Assembly (NCBI RefSeq): GCF_036365525.1
Contig: NC_090399.1
Span: 13,515,558 to 13,579,557 of the forward strand
DNA from: Heterodontus francisci
Taxonomy: Eukaryota
DNA: 64,000 nt
Direction of reading: 5' to 3'
Shown: one piece after another, positions 32,130 through 44,404 of the stretch
Layout of the letters: the number at the start of each line of letters is the position of its first letter
Numbering within the stretch: the stretch's first letter is position 1
Position numbers and translations under genes: made by a program
The notes under the pieces: model-generated
What the model was told of the DNA's origin: nothing
The model's input: only the letters and a program-made list of their open reading frames with translations
Database searches by the model: none

Positions 32130-32735
32130 ATGGCGGAGACAGTTCCTGTCAAAGCTGATGTCGCCGCGCCTGCTGCCCCCAGCCTTCCGCTTCCTGCTTC
32201 CAGCGCTTCAGGCGCACTCCCAGCCGCCAAGAAGAAGGCCGCCTACCGGCCGCAGAAAGGCGGCGCGGCCGCGGTGGCCGAGCAGATCCTGGAGGCGGTG
32301 GCCGCCACCAAGGAGCGCCAGGTCGCCAAGCTGGGCACCCTGAAAAAGACCATCTCGGCCTCCGCCTACGAGCCGGAGAAGGGCGGCGCCCGGCCCAACC
32401 AGTCGGCCAGCACCTTGGCCAACAAGGGCTCCCCGGCCGAGAGCGGCGCCGGCACGTCCACGGCCTCCCTCCACCCGGACGAGGAGCAGGAGGGGAAACG
32501 GGAGGAAGGAGAGGCCGAGGACGGCGTCAAAGGAGGGGCCAAGAGGAAAGCGCCGAAGGCCAAGAAAGCGGCCCCGAAGAGAGCGGCGGCCAAGCCTGCC
32601 GCCCACAAACGCGCCAAGAAACCGCCGGCCAAGAGCCCCCGGAAGGGGGCGGCGGCCAAGCCGAGAAAAGCCCCCAAGCGGCCGGCGGCATCCAGGCCTG
32701 TGGGGCGTAAACAGCGGGCGGGGAAGAGGAGGTAG
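32130..32735 (+). CDS. H1: H1-derived protein with a degenerate globular domain and an acidic linker, 201 aa
   Basis: H1-type N-terminus (MAETVP..AAPAAP..KKKAA), helix I VAEQILEAVAATKER and a K/A/P tail with SPRK. Helix III and the wing are eroded. Has a TATA box and a stem-loop. Confidence 0.85.
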   Translation: MAETVPVKADVAAPAAPSLPLPASSASGALPAAKKKAAYRPQKGGAAAVAEQILEAVAATKERQVAKLGTLKKTISASAYEPEKGGARPNQSASTLANKGSPAESGAGTSTASLHPDEEQEGKREEGEAEDGVKGGAKRKAPKAKKAAPKRAAAKPAAHKRAKKPPAKSPRKGAAAKPRKAPKRPAASRPVGRKQRAGKRR

Positions 32736-32770
32736 ACGGCACAGGAGCGGCGAAGCATCTGAACACAAAA

Positions 32771-32786
32771 GGCTCTTTTCAGAGCC
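32771..32786 (+). terminator. Histone 3' stem-loop
   Basis: GGCTCTTTTCAGAGCC with an AAGGAG downstream element at ~32805. Confidence 0.92.
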
Positions 32787-32837
32787 ACTCACACATTTCC
32801 TACATAAGGAGTTAGAGACATTAGTGAATATAACTTG

Positions 32838-33085
32838 AAAGGTCGCTGACCTCAAACGTTAACTCTGCTTCTCTCTCCACAGATGTTGCCAGAACTGCCG
32901 AGTATTTCCAACATTTATTTTTATTTCAGATTTCCAGCATCTGCAGTATTTTTATTTTAGTGACTAAAACAAGACTTGTCCAAAGTAGCAAAGCAAAATA
33001 TCCAAATTAAGCAGAAAATGCTGGAAATACAGCTCACTCACTGAATATTTGCAACATTTTCTGTTTGGATTTCAAATTTCCAGCA
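32838..33085. mobile_element. Decayed Penelope terminal-repeat fragments
   Basis: GGTCGCTGACCTCAAACGTTAACTCTGCTTCTC..CAGATTTCCAGCATC is similar to 15308-15420. Confidence 0.6.
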
Positions 33086-33289
33086 TTATTTGGGCCGTCG
33101 GAAGCAAAATAAAATCTACTTTGGCTGCAGGTTATATTTCGTGCGAATTCCTCCTCCCATTGCAGGCATATTGGCAAAGATTTCTGAAGTTAGAATATTC
33201 ACTGAATACATTTCATTGAGAAAATCTGCACCTAATTTTGGGGGGGATTTGGGGGAAATAGTGGAACAGCAGAAGCGGGAAATCTCAGA

Positions 33290-33395
33290 CCCAATCTGCG
33301 GGCGTACAGGTGCCATCTTCTTATTGGTCCAATGCTGGCATCACATTAACCAATCAGGAAACGTATTTTCGATTCCCCGAGACAGTATAAAAGGA
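33290..33395 (+). promoter_or_regulatory. Histone-type promoter (CCAAT boxes and TATA)
   Basis: ATTGG/CCAAT at 33323-33333, CCAATCAG at 33350-33357, TATAAAA at 33386-33392; CpG-rich. Confidence 0.7.
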
Positions 33396-33568
33396 GCGGC
33401 TGCCGCTGTCTGTCGTCATTTTGCAGCTAGGCGTTGCGCGAGGTGGGTGGAGGGGTAGTTTGTTGTGCCGCATTGAAATAAACTGGTCTTTGTTGCATTT
33501 TGTGTTATGTTAAATTAGATTTTTTTTAGATGTATTTTTAACAATAAAGTATATTTTTGAAAAAAAAA

Positions 33569-33721
33569 CCTGGTGTTGGTAAAACTGGAGGGAAATGCCA
33601 TGCCAAAGCCAAGACCCATTCCTCCAGAGCTGGTTTCCAGTTTCCCATCGCCTGCACCCACTAGCTGCTGTACAAGGGTCACTATATTAAACAGGTCAGG
33701 GCTGGAGCTCCTGTCTGCATG
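33569..33721 (+). pseudogene. H2A: Histone H2A pseudogene (N-terminal ~50 codons)
   Basis: Hand translation [50 protein letters not shown] aligns codon-for-codon with H2A at 56668. No ATG, an internal stop, and CpG decay. Confidence 0.85.
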
Positions 33722-33929
33722 GTGTCACGCTCACACCAGGAGAAATTATGAACTGTAATGAGCGCTATCATGAAAGAAACCCGAACAGACTTGTTTGCCA
33801 ATGTGGGCTTAATTCAAACTGACTAATTAGAAAGGATTGTAACCAGCAAGTGAAATGGCAACATGTGGAATAATCGGAGCAGAATCAGCATTGGTTTTAA
33901 TTCAGTGGTTAATTCAAAAGTGAGAATTC

Positions 33930-34878
33930 CATAAGAACATAACATAAATAGCAAGAATAGACCATTTGCCCCTGGAGCCTGCTCCACCATTCAATAAGGT
34001 GGTGGCTGATCTTGTATCTCAAGTCCATTTTCCTTCCCGCTCCCCATATCCCTTGATACCCTGAGAGATCAAAAGGCTCGCAATCTCAGTGTTAAATATC
34101 CTCAGTGCTGGAGCATCCACAGCCCTCTGGGGTAGACAATTCCAAAGATTTACAACCTTCTGAAGGAATTTCTCGTCTCAGTCCTAAATTATCAACTGCT
34201 AATCCTGAGGCTATGCCCCCATGTTCTAGATTTCCCAGCCAGAGGAAACAACCTCTCAGTGTCTAACCTTTCAAGCCCCTTCAGAATCCTGTACGTTTCA
34301 ATGAGATCAGTGTTCATTCTTCTAAACTCCAGAGAGTATGGGCCCAATTTACTCAACCTGTCATCCCAGAGGCCAATCTAGTGAACCTTCGCTGTACCCC
34401 TTCAAGGCAAGTATATCCTTCCTTAAATATGGAGACCAAAACTGCACACACTACTCCAAGTGTGGTCTCAACAAAGACCTGTATAATTGTAACAAGATGT
34501 CTTTATCGTTGCACTCCAATACCCTTGCAATAAAGGCTAACATGCCATTTGCCTTCCTAATTGCTTGCTGTATCTACAAGCTAACTTTCTGTGTTCCGTG
34601 CATGAGTACACCCAAGTCTCTCTCTGAATGCCAACATTTTAAACGTTTCACGTCTTTTAAAAAATATTTTGCTTTTCTATTCTGACTAACAAAGTGAATA
34701 ATCTCACACTTTCCCATATTATATTCCATCTGCCACCTTACTGCCCACTCCCTTAACCTGTCGATATCTCTTTGCAGCATCTTTGTGTCCTCTTCACAGC
34801 TTGTATTCCAACCTAACTCTGTATCATCAGAAAACGTAAATACATTGCTCTCTGTCTCTTCATCTAAGTCACTAATAT
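33930..34878 (-). mobile_element. CR1 LINE 3' fragment (continues at ~36940-37325 after an LTR insertion)
   Basis: LQRDIDRLREWAVRWQMEYNMGKCEIIHF (34574-34780 -). The sequence resumes after the insert with an ATAT duplication. Confidence 0.75.
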
Positions 34879-36938
34879 TATCACAAAAACGTGCTATGTC
34901 GAATGATGATTTTTAATCCACTGGCTGGAAACCTGAATTCATTTTTTTTTTAAACAGCTAAAAGGTGACTTGATGCTGGCAGCTAAAGATGACAACCCTA
35001 AGATGGAGATAGCATGTTTGCACAGACCCATCAAAGACAATGACCTGGGGAATCTGAGTGAACCACCTATCCTGCTCCCATTAGCAAGGCATCAAGGCCA
35101 TTACCTGAACATTCAACGAACCACTGAAACCAAATCACTTGACCAATGGCACCCTAGCTGTGAGAAAGGAATTCCTAGACATGGACTGATTAAGCTGCAA
35201 GAGGGAACACGCACTAGTAACCACCAGGCTTGAATCATTGGGTGATGGCCATGTGACAGGCCAACCCTTTGTGTGCTTAAGCTGGTGTTTTCTATGCAGT
35301 AAAGAGACAAGTAGCTAGATACTGACAAGAGAAGAACTGAGTGGGGGGGTCCATCCTTCCTTTCTCTCTCTGCAACCCACTTTGCAAGCTTCAAACCCTG
35401 TTTGCTAACCGTGACTACTCAGGGATGACCCTGCTGCAGACAGTGACTCCCTAAAGGAAATCAGACACACTACTGTTCTTACAACTGAGATGAGAGGAGT
35501 GCACTGTATTTCTAGTTCCACTTCTCCACAGATCACACCATACATGGTCAATCATAGACTCTATTTTTATCCCAGAATAAAATGCACCAACCAGGTTTCT
35601 TTAATAAACAACAAAATTATCAGTTTATTATAAAACAAGTCTTAACCAGTAATGATGCAAAGCATTAACACACAGATTATAAAAGTTCCCTTTTTACCTT
35701 AACCCCTCACACACAAACACAGACAAACACACAAACCCCAATTAAGTGAAAAAAATAAAGTGATTTACTCTTTAGAGTGCTCTTACAAAAAAAAACAGAC
35801 AAAAATATACTTCGGCCCAATACATGCTAATTCTTGAAGAAAAAAAGAGAAGATATGGAGAGATGTCCTTTGTTTTGATTTAGCGTCACAAGTATGCATG
35901 TCACTGGGGTCTTCCTGGAACAGCTCTTGTCAGATGACATTAAAGATCAGTTTGGGCAGACTTTGAAGGGAAAACGCAGCAAAGGTTTCAGTCTGTTTCC
36001 TAGACTTGCTTCTCAGAGCTTTTCAAAGAGATGAAACAAGCTGAGTTGGGGTTCACTCCCTTGGCCAGGTTTCTCCAACTGTCTTTTTTTTAAATCACTG
36101 TCCATATCACGAACTCAATGTCCAAAGCAAAATCAAAAACAATGCCACAAAAGTCAAGCCTCTTGATCCCTATAAATCTTGACCTGTCACTTCTTTGTAA
36201 ACATCTTTCCTCAAGTCAAAAAAAAAACCCCCACTGGACAATTATCTGAAGACAGGTGCCTTCCAGTAAGGGCTTGTTTTAAGCACTCTTTGATTGTTCC
36301 AGTAATTGTTGTTTACAAGCTCAGTCCAAAAGACCTTCTGATGACCTTTTTTTAAAAAAAAACAGAACTCCAGCATCTATGAAATCCTCTTCAGTTTTTA
36401 AAACCCAAGTCCTAAAAAAAAAATTAACAAAAAAATGGAAGCACTCGTAACGCTGTCTCCAGGAGAACCATCAAATCAGCTGTCCACATCTTCAAATTGG
36501 AAGCCTCAGGACCACCAAAGGAAAATCGTACAACCACTGAATTCAGTCTGAAGTTAGCTGAGTCACCAATCTCCACAGACTGTATACTCATTTTATTTCG
36601 CTAGACTCTCATTTGACCAATCTTTCCTTCCCCACTCTGTAACCTATTTGTGTGTGAGTGTGAGTTTCGAGTGTGTGTATGTGTGTGTGTGAAAGTCGGA
36701 GCATTTTTTACTATTTTACTTAGATCAGTTTAAGTACAATAAGGCTAACTTCTTTCTTTGCTAAACTCAAGAAAACCTGTCTGATTGGTTCTTTTTATGA
36801 TCACAGTGCATGAACAATTAAACACTCACTGAATTGGCAAGGTTATCCACTTCCAAAAAAGAAATAAACCTGTTGCAGTCAAACAAGGGGAGGGAAAAGA
36901 GGGGAGTCCTTTGACCGCCTCCTCACCTGATTGTAGCA
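34879..36938 (+). mobile_element. Probable solo LTR with a second, inverted LTR nested at ~35474-36451
   Basis: Interrupts the CR1 with ATAT on both sides. Architecture resembles the LTRs at 40291-45798 and 54792-55754 (TG microsatellite, AATAA, AAGAAAACCTGTCTGATT). Confidence 0.5.
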
Positions 36939-37754
36939 ATATGGAATGTAAATAGCTGTGGCCCCAACACTGATCCTTGCGCCACTTCACTAGTTATAGC
37001 CTGCCAACTTGAAAATGCCCCGATTATTCCTAATATCTTCTTCCTGCCTGTAAACCAATCCTCAATCCATGCTAATATATTTCCCCCAACTCAATGAGAC
37101 CTTATTTTCCATATTAATTTTTTGTGTGGCACCTTATCAAATGCCTTTTGAAAATCCAAGTACATTACTTCTACCAGTTCCCCACTGGTTACACCCTCAA
37201 AGAACTCTAATACATTTTTCAAATGCCATTTCCCTTTTGTAACACCATGTTTACTTTGTTATGATACTAAGATTTTATGACATCCTTAATAATAGATTCC
37301 AGTATTTTCCCAATGACTGATGTCAGGACTCTGATACCCTGACTTCCAACAGAGGGGTGAGGTCATGTGAGGGATCGGAAAACAAGGATGAGAATTTTAA
37401 AACTAAGTTGCATTTTTATATTATTTTCTACCTTTCTTCCATCGAGACTCCTTTTGGTTCTTGTATCTCAGATCATTCTAACAGATGAGCCCCACATCCC
37501 CAGGCCTCACAACTGTCTTCCCTGGCTTTATTAATCCTTTATTCATTTTCAAAATGTGAGCATCGTGGTAAGTCTGGTGTTTCTTGTTCACATAGTTGCC
37601 CTTCAGAAGCTAGTGGTTGCAAAGGAACTAGTAGCCAAATTGCACAATTTTAGGGCAATGTAATCTGACCATTAAATAGCAACTAACATCTGTCATACAA
37701 TGTGATATCTTCAGCATTGAAAATACTCATCATAATGGCACTTACAGATGTAAC

Positions 37755-38110
37755 AGGTTTAGTTTAGTTTAGAGATACAGCACTGAAACAGGCCCTTCGG
37801 CCCACCGAGTCTGTGCCGACCATCAACCACCCATTTATACTAATGCTACACTAATCCCATATTCCTACCACATCCCCACCTGTCCCTATATTTCCCTACC
37901 ACCTACCTACACTAGGGGCAATTGCTAATGGCCAATTTACCTATCAACCTGCAAGTCTTTGGCATATGGGAGGAAACCGGAGCACCCGGAGGATACCCAC
38001 GCAAACACAGGGAGAACTTGCAAACTCCACACAGGCAGTACCCAGAATTGAACCCGGGTCACTGGAGCTGTGAGGCTGCAGTGCTAACCACTGCGCCACT
38101 GTGCCGCCCA
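37755..38110 (-). mobile_element. HE1/V-SINE-type SINE, full length
   Basis: GGGCGGCACAGTGGCGCAGTGGTTAGCAC head on the minus strand, V-core and CR1-type tail. Confidence 0.9.
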
Positions 38111-38884
38111 AACTGAAGGTACTGAAGGTATCATGAATTTTCAATTAAATGTATGCCCCACATGCTGGACTTAATATACAATGCATAAACAATCAACTTT
38201 CCCATCATGTATAACAGAAACAGATTTGCCTAGATAGAGACAAGAAAAACATCAGTACCTTTAATATCATTATTGGTGCATGAAAGGTTTTGCTGCAAGG
38301 CACAGTTGAGGCAGAGACATTGTTCCCCAAACTTCCCAGTTCAGCATTCTTGGCAAGCACCAAAAGCACCTGGGCAGAAGTTTCACGCCCCCAGATTGTA
38401 AATCTCTGACCAATTAAATTAAATGCAAACCAAGGTCCAATAATAATTTCTCAAAGCAGAATGGCTAGTCAGACCAGTTCTGATGAAAACATTGCAGGGC
38501 TATGAGGAAAGAGCAGCAGGAGAGGGTCTAATTGGATAGATCTAGGATAGATAAGGGAATTGGCGTGGCAGGAAGGGGCAGAGCATAAACACTTAAGAGT
38601 GCACCAGTAGATAAAGCTAAATGTTGAGGCACTCTATCTGAATGCACACAGCATTCACAACAAGGTCGATGAATTGACAGCACAAAAGGAAGTAAACAGG
38701 CATGATCTAATTGCCTTTATGGAGACATGGCTGCAAGGTGACTAAGGCTTAGAACTGAATGTCCAATGATATTCAACTTTTAGGAAGGATAGGCAAAAAG
38801 GAAAAGGAGGTCATTAATAAAGGATAAGATCAGTACATTAGTGAGAAAGGATCTCAGATTAGAAGATCAAGATGTAGAATCAGT

Positions 38885-39117
38885 TTTTAGATTTAGATTA
38901 GATTAGAGATACAGCACTGAAACAGGCCCTTCGGCCCACCGAGTCTGTGCCGAACATCAACCACCCATTTACACTAATCCTACACTAATCCCACATTCCC
39001 ACCTGTCCCTATATTTCCCTACCACCTACCTACACTAGTGACAATTTATAATGGCCAATTTACCTATCAACCTGCAAGTCTTTTGGCTTGTGGGAGGAAA
39101 CCGGAGCACCCGGAGAA
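38885..39117 (-). mobile_element. HE1-type SINE, 5'-truncated, inserted in a CR1 endonuclease fragment (~38580-39170)
   Basis: Matches the 3' two-thirds of the other SINE copies. Confidence 0.8.
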
Positions 39118-39189
39118 CTAAGAAACAGCAAGGAGCAGCAAACATTGGTAGGAATTGTTTATAGGCAGGAAGAACATGGAGACATAGAG

Positions 39190-39930
39190 AATAAAGGGTA
39201 CAATTCTAAAATGGGTGCAGGAACCGAGGGACCTGGGTGTATATGTGCATAAGTCATTGAAGGTGGCAGGATAGGTTGTGAGAGCAGTTAATAAAGCATA
39301 CAGTATCCTGAGCTTTATTAATAGGGGCATAGATTACAAGAGCAAGGAGGTTATGTTGAACTTGTATAAGATACTAGTTCGTCCTCAGCTGGAGTATTGC
39401 GTCCAATTCTGGGCACCACACTTGAGGAAAGACATGAGGGCATTGGAGAGAGTACAGAAAAGATTCATGAGAATGGTTCCAGGGATGAGGAATTTCAGTT
39501 ATGAAGATAGATTGGAGAAGTTAGGACTGTTTTCCTTGGAGAAAAGAAGGCTGAGAGGTGATTTGATCGAGGTATTCAAAATCGTGAGGGGTCTGGACAG
39601 AGCAGATAGAGAGAAACTGTTCCCACTCGTGAAAGGATCGAGAACGAGAGGGCACAGATTTAAAGCATTTGGTAAGAGAAGCAAAAGTGACATGAGGAAA
39701 AATTATTTCACACAGTCAGTGGTTCAGGTCTGGAATGCGCTGCCTGAGAATGTGATGGAGGCAGGTTCAATTGAAGCATTCAATAGGGAATTAGACAGTT
39801 ATATGAAAAGGAAGAATGTACAGGGTTATGGGGAGAAGGCAGAGGAATGGAACTGAGTGAGTTGCTCTTTCAGAGAGCCAGTGCGGACACGATGGGCCAA
39901 ATGGCCTCCTTCTGCGCTGTAACAATTCCG
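39190..39930 (+). mobile_element. CR1 LINE 3' fragment
   Basis: ORF 39278-39856 LYKILVRPQLEYCVQFWAP..LEKRRLRGDLIEVFKI..WNALP, followed by a CR1 3' hairpin. Confidence 0.85.
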
Positions 39931-40894
39931 TGATATGTACATTGAAGTCCCCCATGATTACTGTATTACCATCATTACATACACTTCTAATTTCCTGATT
40001 AAAACCATGCTGTACATTACCACTACTGTTTGGCTGCCTATAAACAACTCCTACAGACTTGTGAAAATAGTTCGAGCTCATGGAATAAATAGGACAGTAG
40101 CAGCGTGGATAAGAAATTGGCTGAGTTACAGGAAACAGAGAGTAGTGGTTGATAGATGTTTCTTGTACTGGAGAAATGTTTTCAATGGTGTTCCTCAAGG
40201 GTCAATGTTGAGACCCTTGCTGTTCTTGATATGTATTAATGACCTAGACCTTGGCATACAGGGCAGAATTTCAAAATTTGCTGATAATACTATCACAGAA
40301 CTGTTTTTTTTCCTCCTCTGTTTGAAACAGTGTGCCTTTAAGGTTCTGTTTAAAAAACAATGTGCCAGCAGCGGCACCTGTTCCCTAGGCAACAGCAGGA
40401 GACGTGCTGTGATGTAACTTTTCACTGTATGTAAAAGCCAGTTTCAACCTGTTTAAACTAGAGAGAGAGAGAGAGACACCAGCGAAGCGTGCTTGCCTCA
40501 AAGGAAAAGAATTCTCTCAGCAGAAATTCTACAATGAACCACAGGCTGTGTGGTTCTTCCTTAAGAAGAAAAAAAGCGCTTTTGAAGAGAACATTTGTAT
40601 TGCTGGAGGTAGCAAAAAATCCTTTTCTTTACTTCCAATCTAAGAGCCTTTGCTTCAAGATTGACTCCCTCTTGACTGATTGTGTTTTCTGGAAATCTAC
40701 CAATTTTAAAATCCAAATAATAGACCTGTCATTATACTCCGTGACACCTGCTGCAGCCGAAGTGCTTTGAATATCTATCAAGTAAAGTCTGTTCATCAAA
40801 TCCGCATGGAGACTTTGAGTGGCATCTGATTTTTTTTACGCTAGAATACTTCACCCATCAGGAGCACAACCCACAAAGACTTACCACCCAGTTA

Positions 40895-41240
40895 TTTATT
40901 TTATTTTATTTAGGGATACAGCACTGAAACAGGCCCTTCGGCCCATCTAGTCTGTGCCGACCATCAACCACCCATTTATACTAATCCTACATTAATCCCA
41001 TTACCCTCTCACATCCCCATCTTCCCTCAATTCCTCTACCTATACTAGGGGCAATTTATAATGGCCAATTTACCTATCAACCTGCAAGTCTTTGGCTGTG
41101 GGAGGAAACGGAGCACCCGGCGAAAACCCACGTGGTCACAGGGAGAACTTGCAAACTCCGCACAGGCAGTACCCAGAATCGAAACCAGGTCGCTGGAACT
41201 GTGAGGCTGCGGTGCTAACCACTGCGCCACTGTGCCGCCC
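40895..41240 (-). mobile_element. HE1/V-SINE-type SINE inside the Gypsy LTR
   Basis: Full tRNA-like head, V-core and tail; absent from the 3' LTR copy. Confidence 0.88.
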
Positions 41241-41493
41241 TAATCTTAAGAAACAGCTAATTTTTCAAACACCATTTTTAAAACCGGTTAACCGTTAGTT
41301 TTTGAATGTATGTGTGTGAATGGAGGAGTTAGAATAAGTTTTAAATTAAAATAAGTTTTAAGTTATAAGGTCTTTAGACATAAATCTATCTTAATAATGT
41401 TAGAACATCGAACATAGAACAGTACAGCACAGTACAGGCCCTTCGGCCCACGATGTTGTGCCGAACCTTTAACCTACTCTACGATCAGACTAA

Positions 41494-44369
41494 CTACCTA
41501 CCCTTCATTCTACTATCATCCATGTACCTGTCCAAGAGTCGCTTAAATGTCCCTAATGTATCTGCTTCTACTACCACCGCTGGCAGCGCATTCCACGCAC
41601 CCACCACTCTCTGTGTAAAGAACCTACCTCTGACATCTCCCCGAAACCTTCCTCCAATCACCTTAAAATTATGCCCCCTGGTGATAGCTCTTTCCACCCT
41701 GGGAAAAAGTCTCTGACTATCCACTCTATCTATGCCTCTCATCATCTTGTACCCCTCTATTAAGTCACCTCTCATCCTTCTTCGCTCCAATGAGAAAAGC
41801 CCTAGCTCCCTCAAACTTTCTTCGTAGGACATGCCCTCCAGTCCAGGCAGCATCCTGGTAATTCTCCTCTGCACCCTCTCGAAAGCTTCCACATCCTTCC
41901 TATAATGAGGCGACCAGAATTGAACACAATATTCCAAGTGTGGTCTAACCAGGGCCTTATAGAGCTGCAGCATAACCTCGCGGCTCTTAAACTCAATCCC
42001 CCTGTTAATGAAATCCAACACACCATACGCCTTCTTAACAACCCTATCAACCTGGGTGACAACTTTGAGCGATCTATGGACATGGACCCCAAGATCCCTC
42101 TGTTCCTCCACAGTACCAAGAATCTTGTCTTTAAGCCTGTATTCTGCATTCAAATTCGACCTTCCAAAATGAATCACTTCACACTTTTCCAGGTTGAACT
42201 CCATCTGCCACTTCTCAGCCCAGCTCTGCATCCTGTCAATGTCCCGTTGCAACCTACAACAGCCTTCCACACTATCCACAACTCCAGCAACCTTCGTGTC
42301 ATCGGCAAACTTGCTAACCCAGCCTTCCACTTGCTTATCCAAGTCATTTATAAAAATCACAAAGAGCAGAGGTCCCAGAACAGACCCTTGTGGAACACCA
42401 CTGGTCACCGAGCTCCATGCTGAATACTTTCCATCTACTATCACCCTCTGACTTCTTTGGGCTAGCCAATTGTGTATCCAGCCAGCCAACTTTCCCTGAA
42501 TCCCATCCCTCCTTACTTTCTGAATGAGCCTACCATGGGGAACCCTATCAAACGCCTTGCTAAAATCCATATACACCACATCCACTGCTCTTCCTTCATC
42601 AATGTGTTTTGTCACATCTTCAAAGAATTCAATAAGGCTTGTGAGGCATGATCTGCCCTTACAAAGCCATGCTGACTGTCTCTAATCAAACCATGCTTTT
42701 CCAAATAATCATAAATCCTGTCTCTCAGAATTCTCTCCAATAATTTGCCCACTACCGACATAAGACTGACTGGTCTATAATTCCCAGGGTTATCCCTATT
42801 CCCTTTCTTGAACAAGGAAACAACATTTGCCACCTTCCAACCATCTGGTACTACTTCAGTGGACAGTGAAGATGCAAAGATCATCGCCAAAGGCGCAGCA
42901 ATCTCTTCCCTCGCTTCCCGTAATATCCTTGGGTATATCCCATCTGGCCCCGGGGACTTATCTGTCCTCATGTCATTCAAAATTTCCAGCACATCCTCCC
43001 TCTTAACCTCAACCTGTTCGAGCATATCAGCCTGTTCCACACTGTCCTCACAGACGACCAGGTCCCTCTCATTAGTGAATACTGAAGCAAAGTATTCATT
43101 TAGGACCTCCCCTACCTCCTCCGACTCCAGGCACAAGTTCCTTCCACTATCCCTGATCGGCCCTATCCTCACTCTGGCCATCCTCTTGTTCCTCACTTAA
43201 GTGTAGAACGCCTTGGGATTTTCCTTAATCCTACCCGCCAAGACTTTTTCATGTCCCCTTCTAGCTCTCCTAAGTCCATTCTTCAGTTCTTTCCTGGCTA
43301 CCTTGTAACCCTCTAGAGCCCTGTCTGATCCTTGCTTCCTCAATCTTAAGTAAGCTTCCTTCTTCCTCTTGACTAGCTGTTCCACATCTCTTGTCATCCA
43401 AGGTTCCTTCACCCTACCATCCCTTCCCTGCCTCATCGGGACAAACCTATCCAGCAGTCGCAGCAAGTGCTCCCTAAACAACCTCCACATTTCTGTTGTG
43501 CATTTCCCTGAGAACATCTGTTCCCAATTTATGCTCCCCAGTTCCTGCCTAATAGCATTGTAATTCCCCCTCCCCCAATTAAATATTTTCCCATCCCGTC
43601 TGCTCCTGTCCCTCTCCATGACTACAGTAAAGGTCAGGGAGTTGTGATCACTATCACCGAAATGATCTCCCACCGAGAGATCTGCCACCTGGCCTGGTTC
43701 GTTGCCAAGCACCAAGTCCAACATAGTCTCCCCTCTAGTCAGCCTATCTACATATTGAGTCAGGAAACCTTCCTGGACACACCTGACAAAAACTGCTCCA
43801 TCCAAACTATTTGCACTAAGGAGGTTCCAATCAATATTAGGGAAGTTGAAATCACCCATGCCAACAACCCTGTTACTTCTGCACCGTTCCAAAATCTGCC
43901 TCCCGATCTGTTCCTCCGTGTCTCTGTCGCTATTGGGGGGTCTATAGAAAACTCCCAACAAAGTGATTGCTCCTTTCCTGTTTCTGACATCCACCCATAA
44001 TGACTCAGTAGACAAACCCTCCTCGACGACCTCCCTTTCTGCAGCTGTGATACTATCCCTGATTAGCAATGCCACTCCCCCACCTCTTTTACCTCCCTCC
44101 CTATTCCTTTTGAAACATCTAAACCCTGGAACATCCAACATCCATTCCTGCTCCTGTGATATCCACGTCTCCGTAATGGCCACAACATCGTAGCTCCAAG
44201 TACTGATCCATGCTCTAAGTTCATCACCCTTATTCCTGACACTTCTTGCGTTAAAATAGACATACTTCAACCCATCATACTGGCTGCAACTTTGCCCTGT
44301 CAACTGTCTAACCTTCCTCACAGACTCTCTGCACTCGGTATCTGCCTGTTCAACAGCTACCCCATCCAC
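41494..44369 (-). pseudogene. CR1 ORF2 (APE endonuclease and reverse transcriptase), disrupted
   Basis: YFNARS..AITETW..GDFN..SDH; KSPGPDG..NYRPVSL; DFSKAFD..GVPQGSVLGP..FADD. Stop at 43197-43199 and a frameshift near 42650. Confidence 0.92.
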
Positions 44370-44404
44370 TGATCCGTAGCTCCGGTTCCCATCCCCCTGC
44401 CAAA

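Noticed and set aside
37990-38110. tRNA-like sequences with A and B boxes (also ~8170, ~41200, ~58800)
   Set aside because: These are SINE heads continuing into the V-core and LINE tail, not tRNA genes.
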